Shown piece after piece: positions 27,519-36,088 of a stretch of DNA of 54,733 nucleotides. Source of the stretch: an uncultured Planctomycetia bacterium. GTDB lineage: Bacteria; Planctomycetota; MHYJ01; CAYXQY01. The stretch is taken from assembly GCA_964606115.1 (NCBI GenBank), contig CAZSFH010000001.1:1-54733 (forward strand), read 5' to 3'. The notes beneath the pieces were generated by a model. The model worked only from the letters and a program-made list of their open reading frames with translations, had not been told where the DNA came from and did no database searches. A program made the translations under genes and the position numbers. Position 1 is the stretch's first letter. Each line of letters starts with the position of its first letter.

Positions 27519-27693
27519 CATAAACGAATGAAGAGGGAATGTGTTCAATAAATTTTGATCCTGCTAATTTATTTCGTAAAATAACCGATCAGCCAGAGAA
27601 TGACATCATGTTTTTGTTCTGCTGGAGAAGGGATTTCGTCTTCGTTCGGATCGTTAGAATCGGAACAGGTTCGTTTGGAATATCGTCATAGCT

Positions 27694-28155
27694 GTGGACG
27701 TTCAATCGAACGTGACAGGTGCACTTCCGAAGGCTCGCGGGACTGACCTGATCATCGGGTTTCTTTCTGCGGGAGTGCTGGTGGCCGCCTTCCTGTTTCA
27801 GACGGATGGTTATCGTGTATTTGTCCGGGTATCTGGTACGCAGTTTACGTTCCCGGACACCTGCGCGGTTCGGTCCCTGTATGGTTTTCGCTGTGCGGGA
27901 TGCGGTTTGACCCGGAGTTTTATTGCACTTGCGAGTGGAGATCTGATTCGATCATTTTCGTTTCATCGGATCGGCTGGATGTTGTTTGGAATCGTCCTAT
28001 TTCAGATTCCCTACAGGACGTATGTGATACTAACGGGTCCGGAGGGATTTCGGTTTCCGGAATCAACGACGAAATGGCTGCTCTGGGGTGTTTTTGTCCT
28101 TCTGTTTCTGAACTGGGGATGGAGTTTGATGAACGGGGACGTTCTGGTGTCCTGA
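27694..28155 (+). CDS. DUF2752-like membrane protein
   Basis: CAVRSLYGFRCAGCGLTRSF matches the CxxxxxxGxxCxGCGxTR signature of DUF2752. 4 TM segments. GTG start. Confidence 0.6.
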   Translation: MDVQSNVTGALPKARGTDLIIGFLSAGVLVAAFLFQTDGYRVFVRVSGTQFTFPDTCAVRSLYGFRCAGCGLTRSFIALASGDLIRSFSFHRIGWMLFGIVLFQIPYRTYVILTGPEGFRFPESTTKWLLWGVFVLLFLNWGWSLMNGDVLVS

Positions 28156-28217
28156 TTCGTGCCTGTGATTTCGACCGAGCAAGGCTGGGGCGGATCAGAG
28201 GAAGTGTTCACGGTTGG

Positions 28218-30719
28218 TTAAATCAGGCGGCTCTTTTTGCGGATGATCCATTCACCGCTGAGAAGTAGTACGAAGAGGATCATGAACAGTGGAGCATCCC
28301 ACAGGTCCTCCCGCTGAGGTCGCAGGGATACCCGTTCAGGTTTCTGGTGGACCAGATCGGGGAGGGCAGGCGTCTCATCGTCGGATTTCATCACCTCGTC
28401 GAGGTACATGAACGTCCCGTTGGTCAGAGCGGCGAGATCGGTAAGGAGTTTTTTGTTTACCGATGGGTCCTTTCCTTCGAGATCGAGAGATTTGACCCTG
28501 AATCCATCCTCGGCGTAATCGGATTCGTCGTCGGACGTTTCGCCGGAAACCGGATAGTTCCCAATCCAGACGGTGTAGGACCCGAGTTTTTTCGGGCGAA
28601 ACGTCCCGGTATATTCACCCGGAGTTTCTTTTCGGCGAAGATTAATGGTCTGTTCCCGGTTGGTTTTCTCGTGAAGAATGTGAGCGGGGATCGTCTTGCT
28701 GTCTTCGGGACGGTAGTTTCGGTCAAGAACGTGAGCGAAAAATTTGACTTTGTTGCCAGGATTGTATTGATCTTTTTCCACGCGGAGTTTGTAGCGTTTG
28801 CTACCGCTCAGGCGGCCCCCGCGGAGCCAGCGGATGCAATTGCTCCAGAAGTTGTAGAAATATTCATCACCGATAATTTTTCGCCACACCCATGTATCGT
28901 CCGTTCCGACAAACATGGATCGGCCGCGACCGAAACGGTGAGAGACGATCAGTGGGTACGGTCGTTTTCCCGTTACGTTTTTCGGCACGCGTGCAAGGGT
29001 TTTTGCTCCGAGTTTTGCTTTTTTTGCGGGGTAAAACCAGCGGAGCGGTTCGAGGCTGAATTGCTCGGAATTGTTGTTCTCCCACAGTTCGACATTTTTT
29101 TTCGGGTCGGGGTCCAGTTGCATCGCCGGGTGGCTTTTTCCCTGGGGCGTCAGATCGGGGTGGAAGGAATCCCGGGTGAGGTTCAGGTTCGGATCCGGGT
29201 TGATCAGGACCGGTAGCATTCGTTCGAGCGGGGTGTTCGCAAAAGTGACCGGATTATTTCGGGGGCCGGCGATGAACAGCACTCCGCCGCCCATTTTCTC
29301 GACGAAGGTCTTAAGGCGTTTCAGAACGGTTTCCGTGTTGACACCGAGACTTCGGAACATTCGGGGATGAACGTCGCCGATGACAATGACGTCGTACTTG
29401 GATAGTTCTTTCCGGGTTCTGGGAAAATGGGTCGCCGGTTTTAAACCGGGGCTGGTCGGTTGTGGATATTGGTCATCGGCACTGTACAGAAGCGCTCTGG
29501 CTTCCAGACTATCGTCCCGGATCATGGTGTTTTTCAGGAAGCGGTACTCGTATCGAGGAAGTCCTTCGAAGTAGAAGACGCGGATCTTGTCGTCCACCAC
29601 ACGAATGTTGTGGGTACCGTCGTTGTTGTTCTTTTGAATTTCTCCCTCGACCGGTCCGAGTTGTACGGTGATCCGGTACTTTCCCGGTTGTTCGGGGGTC
29701 CATTTAATTTTTTCCGTCTGTTCGTCGTCCGCGGACCGGACCACCAGTTCTTTTGTGTTCAGCACCCGACCGTCGTTGGTTTTTAGTGAAAGTTTAGCAC
29801 GCCCGATCTGTTCGGGTCCCTGGGCCCTGTATTTAACCTGAAAGACCACCGGATCTTTCGCGTTGGCCTGAGCTGCTTCGGGTGCGGACACATCCGTCAG
29901 CACGATATCTCTTGGCTTGTCCCGGGACCCCACGGCCACCGGGTATATCGGAATATTGTTGCCCTGTTGTTTTCGTTTTCGAACCATCATGATCGGGTCG
30001 GTGCCGACGTTCGATTGTCCGTCCGTAAACAACACGATGGCGGAAGTGTTCTGGCCCTGTTGTTTCTGGTATACTTTCTCGAGAGCACTGCCGATAGCGG
30101 TCGCTCCGCCATTTTCGGAATACGTTAGTTCGTCTTCCGGTTCAATGGGTTCAGCTCGCGTGGAGAACTGAAACAGTTTCAGAATCTGATCCTCGGACAT
30201 GTTCTCAAGGAGATTCAGCTGGTTGTTGTTGAGGACCTTTTCGAGCAGTTCGAGTCGAGTGAGTCCGTCGAGGTTTTTACGGGATTCGGCGCCCCCTTTG
30301 TTTTGATTCAGGGCGGCGAGGGACCGGAGACGTTGGCGAACGTTTTCCCGGTTATACTCGTCTTTGAAGGACATGCTCCGGGACGTATCGACGAGCACCA
30401 CCAGGTGACTCTCGTTTTTCTGTTTGATCTCGTTGTAGAGATAGGGCTGGAATAGCATCAGGAGAATGAGTGCGACGGCCAGCATCCGGAGACCGCTCAG
30501 GAGGAACCGGCGTGTTTTCGGGACATTGGGTTCGAGTCGATAAATGAGGTAGCAAAAGGCAATCACCGCCGGGATGATCAGCAGTACGATGACCCAGACT
30601 GAAGGAAGGTTCATCCAGCCCAGTTTCCAGTCCGCTTCCGGGCCAAAGTGGAGGACTCCCTCGTCGATGCCCATCAACCATTGAATGATCCTGGAAAACA
30701 GACCTACGTCGATTTCCAT
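28218..30719 (-). CDS. Large membrane-anchored VWA-domain protein (Bat-operon type)
   Basis: N-terminal TMs, VWA MIDAS (LVVLVDTSRSMS), and a later GGGVLFIAGP amidotransferase-like segment. Its ATG overlaps the upstream stop (TAATG at 30717-30721). Confidence 0.75.
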   Translation of the reverse strand: MEIDVGLFSRIIQWLMGIDEGVLHFGPEADWKLGWMNLPSVWVIVLLIIPAVIAFCYLIYRLEPNVPKTRRFLLSGLRMLAVALILLMLFQPYLYNEIKQKNESHLVVLVDTSRSMSFKDEYNRENVRQRLRSLAALNQNKGGAESRKNLDGLTRLELLEKVLNNNQLNLLENMSEDQILKLFQFSTRAEPIEPEDELTYSENGGATAIGSALEKVYQKQQGQNTSAIVLFTDGQSNVGTDPIMMVRKRKQQGNNIPIYPVAVGSRDKPRDIVLTDVSAPEAAQANAKDPVVFQVKYRAQGPEQIGRAKLSLKTNDGRVLNTKELVVRSADDEQTEKIKWTPEQPGKYRITVQLGPVEGEIQKNNNDGTHNIRVVDDKIRVFYFEGLPRYEYRFLKNTMIRDDSLEARALLYSADDQYPQPTSPGLKPATHFPRTRKELSKYDVIVIGDVHPRMFRSLGVNTETVLKRLKTFVEKMGGGVLFIAGPRNNPVTFANTPLERMLPVLINPDPNLNLTRDSFHPDLTPQGKSHPAMQLDPDPKKNVELWENNNSEQFSLEPLRWFYPAKKAKLGAKTLARVPKNVTGKRPYPLIVSHRFGRGRSMFVGTDDTWVWRKIIGDEYFYNFWSNCIRWLRGGRLSGSKRYKLRVEKDQYNPGNKVKFFAHVLDRNYRPEDSKTIPAHILHEKTNREQTINLRRKETPGEYTGTFRPKKLGSYTVWIGNYPVSGETSDDESDYAEDGFRVKSLDLEGKDPSVNKKLLTDLAALTNGTFMYLDEVMKSDDETPALPDLVHQKPERVSLRPQREDLWDAPLFMILFVLLLSGEWIIRKKSRLI

Positions 30720-32926
30720 TAGTTTACCTGCCGCCCCCGATCAATTTTCAGAGCCAGTAAACTTTCGAACCCCAGAAAAGCGAGGACGAGAACGGCAAAA
30801 TACATCCAGAGGTCGCTTCTCGCTACGTCCGCGTCCGTTTGTTTCTGGGCCGTGAACGACTGAAAGGTGATCCCGGAATATTCCCGTTTTATCCGTTTCT
30901 CGGAGGCCGGGATAAGGTTTCCTTCCCTGGAGACGGGGTTTGCTCCGACCGTTCGATCCAGGGTCCAGTCCGTTCCGTCATCCGTTTCTTTTTCAACCTG
31001 ATAAATTCCGGGATGGTCGAGGTCCTTGAGGGTTAAAACGTATCCTCCATCCTGAAGGGGCCGGGGGGTCTTGTTGGAAATTTCCTGATCCGGGCCGGCG
31101 ATTCGGAACGATCCGGATGCGTCGTACACTGATATCGGAAGGTTCAACTCCTCGCCTACCAGTACGTTCATGGATTTTCGTTTCTGACTGAGAAGGTAAC
31201 GTGAAAGCTGGTCGATCAACATGACGTATCCCTGCATTTCAGGCCAGAGATTCCACTCCAGGTCCGCTGAGGTGGGGATGGTGATGACCTTTCCCCGACC
31301 AATTGATCGTTCCACGATCGCCGGTGAATTCGATGAGTCGTCGAACCGGGCCAGCACACGAATGTCGAGGGCGTCGTCCGGTATGTCCATGCGTATCCAG
31401 CCGTGGGTGAACAACGTTTTCAGTTTCTCGGAGTATGGCTGAAAGAAACGAAGGGCGGGATGTTCCAGTTTCAGATCCGTCAATCGGACGAAGTTTCCCT
31501 GGTCAATGGATCGTTTTTCCACCTTCTGAAGGCGGCCGGGGAGGATCGGGTTCTCGACGTCGTAGAGCGTGTCGTTGAACGTTTGTAGCGTGGTCCGGTC
31601 GCCAAGAAAGAGAATGAGGCCTCCTCCACGCTTGATGAACCGGTGGAGTTCGCTGCGCCGTGAAGATGAGAAGTTGGAGAGGTTGGTAAGGATAATCAGA
31701 TCGTAATCGTCGAGAGACTCGTCTCGAAACAGGTAGTCCGAGACGACTTTCAGTTTGAACGGACTGGTGTCCGAACGGGGGGCCAGCGCGGATTGCAAGA
31801 AGTAGGATTCACTTTTTGTTGAGGAGTCGTCCTCCGGTTCGCCGTCCACGATCAGGACGTCGATATGTTCTTTGATGTTTGCCGCGATATGACGTTTATT
31901 ATCGGTCGGCAGCTGGTCGCTGGAAAAGCTTGCGTGTAATGAATGAGGGCCTGTTTCATCGAAGCGGATCGGTTTGAATTCTTTCTTGACCGAGGCCCCC
32001 GGCTGCAGGTTGACATCCAGTGATTCAATTTTGTCGTCGTCCCGGTACAGCGTGATCGTTCCACTGCGGTCGATCCGGGAGAAATTCCGGAGCCGGGCGG
32101 AGAGGTTAACGGGACGGTCTTGAACCATGAACTGATCCCGGGTCTCCAGGTCGACCACGCCGACGTTTTCCGTGTTTTCTTCTCCGGCGTTCATCAGCAC
32201 GAATTTATCCACGGTTTCGTCGATGCGTTCGATGGTTTTTTTGATTTTGGATCGCATGCTTTTGTTATCCGGTAACCAGGTATTTTTCTGAACGTCCGTG
32301 AACCAGAGAATTCTGCGTTTCATGCTGGACGGATTGGATTTTTCCAGCGTCTGTTCCACGGTTTGCAGGGAGTCCAGGAGGTTACCGTGATAAGAAGAGG
32401 GCGTGGATTCTTTAATGAGTTGAATTGCCCGGGACCGATTCTGACTCGCCGTACCGATCAGTTTGCGGGGATAGGCCGAAGCGGTGAGGACGGAGACCCG
32501 ATCGCCGTTTGCGGGGTTGAACCGTGATTTGAGGACACTGATCGCTTTTTCTCGAACGGAGGAATAAAGTGAACCGTCCCGGCCCTCCGATTTTCGACGC
32601 ATGCTGTAGGAGTTATCCAGGACGATAATCAGGTGTTTCTTCTGTTGGTCGAGGAAGCCGAGGGCTGGTTTATTCATGAACGGCTGAGCCAGCGCGAGCC
32701 CCAGGAGAAAAAGGAGCAAATAGCGGAGAAGCATCAACAGGAGATTTTCTAGCCGAACACGATTTCGTGTCTTCTGTTCAGCTCGCAGGAGAAAATCCAT
32801 CGCCGCCCAGTCCATCCTGTTGTAAAACGTGCGGTTCAGGAGATGAATGATAATCGGGACCGATCCGAGAACCGCTCCCGCAATAGCCATGATCGGATTG
32901 GTCAGAAACCCGGTGAGGAAGTTCAT
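30719..32926 (-). CDS. BatA-N-terminal-domain / VWA-domain membrane protein
   Basis: N-terminus PIMAIAGAVLGSVPIIIHLLNR (aerotolerance regulator N-terminal signature), VWA MIDAS LIIVLDNSYSM, GGGLILFLG segment, C-terminal TM. Confidence 0.75.
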   Translation of the reverse strand: MNFLTGFLTNPIMAIAGAVLGSVPIIIHLLNRTFYNRMDWAAMDFLLRAEQKTRNRVRLENLLLMLLRYLLLFLLGLALAQPFMNKPALGFLDQQKKHLIIVLDNSYSMRRKSEGRDGSLYSSVREKAISVLKSRFNPANGDRVSVLTASAYPRKLIGTASQNRSRAIQLIKESTPSSYHGNLLDSLQTVEQTLEKSNPSSMKRRILWFTDVQKNTWLPDNKSMRSKIKKTIERIDETVDKFVLMNAGEENTENVGVVDLETRDQFMVQDRPVNLSARLRNFSRIDRSGTITLYRDDDKIESLDVNLQPGASVKKEFKPIRFDETGPHSLHASFSSDQLPTDNKRHIAANIKEHIDVLIVDGEPEDDSSTKSESYFLQSALAPRSDTSPFKLKVVSDYLFRDESLDDYDLIILTNLSNFSSSRRSELHRFIKRGGGLILFLGDRTTLQTFNDTLYDVENPILPGRLQKVEKRSIDQGNFVRLTDLKLEHPALRFFQPYSEKLKTLFTHGWIRMDIPDDALDIRVLARFDDSSNSPAIVERSIGRGKVITIPTSADLEWNLWPEMQGYVMLIDQLSRYLLSQKRKSMNVLVGEELNLPISVYDASGSFRIAGPDQEISNKTPRPLQDGGYVLTLKDLDHPGIYQVEKETDDGTDWTLDRTVGANPVSREGNLIPASEKRIKREYSGITFQSFTAQKQTDADVARSDLWMYFAVLVLAFLGFESLLALKIDRGRQVN

Positions 32927-32928
32927 GG

Positions 32929-33834
32929 TCAGCTCGCTCTGCGGAGAATTCCCATGCGACGAGCAAGGTACGTACTCAGAGCGACGGACAGGGATTCGTC
33001 GGTCTGAATCAGGCGGTAATCCATTTCATTGTCGAGACAGGTTTTTTTGATTTTCTCATTATGCTGATTGATTTCTTCCAGGTACGCTTCACGCAGGGCC
33101 TTGGGATCGGCAAGCAGTTCGTCCGGAATTTCCATGCCTTTAAAACGCGTCATTTCGTCGAATGGAAATTCGACTTCCGCCGGATCCAGGATCTGAAGTA
33201 CGATGACATCGTGATCCCGGTGACGGAAATTGCTCAATCCCTGTGCGATTGCATCGGCGTCGTCGAACAGGTCCGAAATCAACACGATCAGGCCACGCTT
33301 ATTGATGCGGGACGCGGCATGGTTTAGAACCCGTCCCATGTCCGTTTTTTCCCGGGGGGCCAGGTCCGACAGCACTTTCAAAATGGAGTGAAAGTGAGGA
33401 GTCGAATTGGAGGGTTCCATGAAGTTCGTCAGGTTCTGATCGAACGTGGCGAGTCCGATGCCGTCCTGCTGCTGGATCACGAGGTAGGACAGGGAAGCGG
33501 CCACGTAACGCGCGTAGTCGATTTTTGTCACGTCGTGGCTTGTGTAATTCATGGATTCGCTCAGGTCGACGATCGGCATGACCCGCAGGTTCGTTTCCTG
33601 TTCGTATTCTTTAACGTACAGGCGGTCACTTCGCGCGTAAACGTTCCAGTCAAGGTGACGGAGGTCGTCCCCCGGTACGTATTCGCGGTGTTGAGCAAAC
33701 TCGACGCTGACCCCCCTGTAAGGGCTTTCGTGCATGCCGGAAACAAATCCCTCGACAACGCGCCGGGCTTTCAGTTCGAGTCCGGAGAGCTGATCAAGAA
33801 CCGTCGGATCCAAGTACTTCTGGTAATCGCTCAT
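32929..33834 (-). CDS. DUF58-family protein (VWA-like, MoxR partner)
   Basis: LELKARRVVEGFVSGMHESPYRGVSVEFAQHREYVPGDDLRHLDW is the canonical DUF58 N-terminal block. Confidence 0.85.
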   Translation of the reverse strand: MSDYQKYLDPTVLDQLSGLELKARRVVEGFVSGMHESPYRGVSVEFAQHREYVPGDDLRHLDWNVYARSDRLYVKEYEQETNLRVMPIVDLSESMNYTSHDVTKIDYARYVAASLSYLVIQQQDGIGLATFDQNLTNFMEPSNSTPHFHSILKVLSDLAPREKTDMGRVLNHAASRINKRGLIVLISDLFDDADAIAQGLSNFRHRDHDVIVLQILDPAEVEFPFDEMTRFKGMEIPDELLADPKALREAYLEEINQHNEKIKKTCLDNEMDYRLIQTDESLSVALSTYLARRMGILRRAS

Positions 33835-34972
33835 CTTTTGCTTCTTCTTTTGGGACCGGAGAGACAGATTCGAGGAGTTTATCGGTGATGTCGTTTGTCG
33901 ATATACCTTCCGCTTCCGCGGAAAAGTTGGTGATCACACGGTGACGAAGCACCGAATGCGCGACGGCCTGTATATCTTCGCTTGCCACATAAGGACGACC
34001 GTGGAGTACGGCTCGTGCTTTCCCGCCGACGATCAGGTATTTGGTCGCACGAGGGCCGGCTCCCCAGGAAACCCATTCATTTATGAAGTCGGGCGCGGCC
34101 TCGGTCCCGGTTCGTGTTTTGCGTACGAGGGTCATGGCATATTTAATCACGCTGTCGGCGACGGGAACCCGACGCACCGTTTCCTGGATGGAAATGATTT
34201 CTTCCTTCGAGAGCACTTCGTCGACGGATTCGTCGAAGGAGGTGGTGGTTAGACGCATCACATCCATTTCCTCCTCCTCCGTGGGATAATCCACGCGTAT
34301 TTCGAGCATGAACCGGTCGAGCTGGGCTTCCGGAAGCGGGTACGTTCCTTCCTGTTCGATCGGATTCTGCGTAGCCAGGACGAAGAACGGTTCGTCGAGG
34401 TCGTACTTTTGTCCACCTGCGGTCACCTGATGTTCCTGCATGGCTTCCAGCAGGGCCGCCTGGGTTTTCGGCGGGGTACGGTTGATTTCATCCGCCAGAA
34501 TCATGTTTGCAAACAGAGGACCTTCCCGAAATTCCATCGTACGTTCGCCGGAGGCTTTGTCCTGCTGAATAATTTCGGTACCGGTAATGTCCGAGGGCAT
34601 CAGGTCCGGAGTAAACTGGATCCGGCTGAATTCCAGGGAAAGACACTGGGCTAACGTTCGAACCAGGAGGGTTTTGGCGAGGCCGGGGACCCCCACAAGC
34701 AGAGAGTGTCCACCACTGAAAATGCAGATCAGAATCTGTTCGATGACCTTGTCCTGACCGACAATGTTCTTGGAGATTTCGTTCTGTAATTTTTCTCTGG
34801 CTTCGTTCAGGCGCCGGACGTCTTCAAGGTCTTCTTCACCGAACGAATCAGGTTCGGACTGGAGGTCCTCCGGGTCCGGGCGAGGTTCGGGGTCGGAGGT
34901 CGTATCATTTCTCGATTCCGATGATGTTTCGCGGTCCTGATCGTCGGATGATTCCGAGGATTCGTTTTGCAT
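33794..34972 (-). CDS. MoxR-like AAA+ ATPase with an acidic N-terminal extension
   Basis: GQDKVIEQILICIFSGGHSLLVGVPGLAKT (Walker A), ILADEINR (Walker B), ATQNPIEQEGTYPLPEAQLDRF. Confidence 0.9.
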   Translation of the reverse strand: MQNESSESSDDQDRETSSESRNDTTSDPEPRPDPEDLQSEPDSFGEEDLEDVRRLNEAREKLQNEISKNIVGQDKVIEQILICIFSGGHSLLVGVPGLAKTLLVRTLAQCLSLEFSRIQFTPDLMPSDITGTEIIQQDKASGERTMEFREGPLFANMILADEINRTPPKTQAALLEAMQEHQVTAGGQKYDLDEPFFVLATQNPIEQEGTYPLPEAQLDRFMLEIRVDYPTEEEEMDVMRLTTTSFDESVDEVLSKEEIISIQETVRRVPVADSVIKYAMTLVRKTRTGTEAAPDFINEWVSWGAGPRATKYLIVGGKARAVLHGRPYVASEDIQAVAHSVLRHRVITNFSAEAEGISTNDITDKLLESVSPVPKEEAKDERLPEVLGSDGS

Positions 34973-35083
34973 GATGTTTGGTGATTAACGGGATGTATAA
35001 AGCAAAAACAGGAAATTAGATCGTATCATGTCTTCCCCCTTCGTTCAATGTGAGTGTGCGGGAGGTTCACGGACGTTCCGCTG

Positions 35084-35620
35084 TTATCCGATATTTGGAA
35101 CGGGTACGTCTGAAGGGGTGGGATCCTCCGCCGCGGGCATCCCGGGTACGTTTTCCTTGATAAAATCATCCCAGCTGTCCCTGGTCTCATCGGACAACTT
35201 GGAGTTCAGCCGGTCGAGGCAGTCGATACATAAAATCATAGGAGGCAGGATCATATCCTCCCGGCGGCAGAGTGCGCTAATCATATGCTCCTCACCGGTT
35301 TTTACCCCGGACTCACACAGGTGACACTCTTTCATCGTTTCCGAGTGCAGATCCAGTTTCGCCATGAACTCATTGATGTTTTCCAGTGATTCATCGGAGT
35401 AATCCTGGACCAGATCTTCCCCGCACTCACTGCAGATGGCGTGCTCCCAGATGGGACGGCCCTGCCGGTAGATTTTTTGGATTTCGTAAATACCCTGAAT
35501 GTCCTGCAGAGATCGGTCGCATTTCAGGCAGGACTGAAACGGATCTTTGTGATAGTCCGAATAAAGGAGTTCCGGTATAGGTTCCGAGTCGTCGAAAAGT
35601 TCCTCAAGAAATTCACTCAT
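35084..35620 (-). CDS. Hypothetical cysteine-rich (4x CxxC) acidic protein
   Basis: CLKC, CSEC, CHLC and CIDC pairs suggest two zinc-ribbon-like knuckles. No recognised family. Confidence 0.5.
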   Translation of the reverse strand: MSEFLEELFDDSEPIPELLYSDYHKDPFQSCLKCDRSLQDIQGIYEIQKIYRQGRPIWEHAICSECGEDLVQDYSDESLENINEFMAKLDLHSETMKECHLCESGVKTGEEHMISALCRREDMILPPMILCIDCLDRLNSKLSDETRDSWDDFIKENVPGMPAAEDPTPSDVPVPNIG

Positions 35621-35718
35621 CTGGCTCTGTCATGAGTAAGGATGTTGGAAAATAGTTTTTTACGAAACCAGTTGGACTCTTTATGTACGATATCGAATCA
35701 CCATTTAAGATTCAATCT

Positions 35719-35748
35719 TTGAAATCGATTCAGCCCCTCTTCTATAAT
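35719..35748 (+). promoter_or_regulatory. Sigma70-like promoter candidate upstream of acpP
   Basis: TTGAAA (35719-35724), 18-nt spacer, TATAAT (35743-35748), ~75 nt upstream of the acpP ATG. Promoter rules for this lineage are unknown. Confidence 0.35.
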
Positions 35749-35824
35749 ATTTGCCAGCCTAAAATTCGGGTTTTGGACGAGTTGCAGAGCTTTGCTCTTT
35801 TTTTTTATAGATAAGGAGATTGAT

Positions 35825-36070
35825 ATGCCGTCAGAAGAAGAAATCGAAGAAAAAATCAAGGATATCGTCTGTCAGCAACTGGGAGTCAGTCAGGACAAGC
35901 TAACGGATGAAACGTCGTTTGTGAATGACCTCGGGGCTGATTCCCTGGACACGGTTGAACTGGTGATGGAAATTGAAGACGCATTTGAACTCAGCATTCC
36001 GGACGACGACGTGGAGGATATTCAAACGGTGGGCAACGCGGTGGAATACGTCAATGACAAGACGAATTAA
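35825..36070 (+). CDS. acpP: Acyl carrier protein
   Basis: LGADSLDTVELVMEIEDAF (phosphopantetheine Ser motif DSLD). AAGGAG lies upstream of the ATG at 35825. Confidence 0.9.
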   Translation: MPSEEEIEEKIKDIVCQQLGVSQDKLTDETSFVNDLGADSLDTVELVMEIEDAFELSIPDDDVEDIQTVGNAVEYVNDKTN

Positions 36071-36088
36071 TTTAAGTTGAGGTCCGAA

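Noticed and set aside
35786-35806. Terminator-like hairpin plus T8 run directly upstream of acpP (AGAGC-TTT-GCTCT-TTTTTTTT).
   Set aside because: The stem is only 5 bp with a 3-nt loop, too weak to call an intrinsic terminator or attenuator. The TTG-initiated ORF at 35792 is an artefact of this tract.
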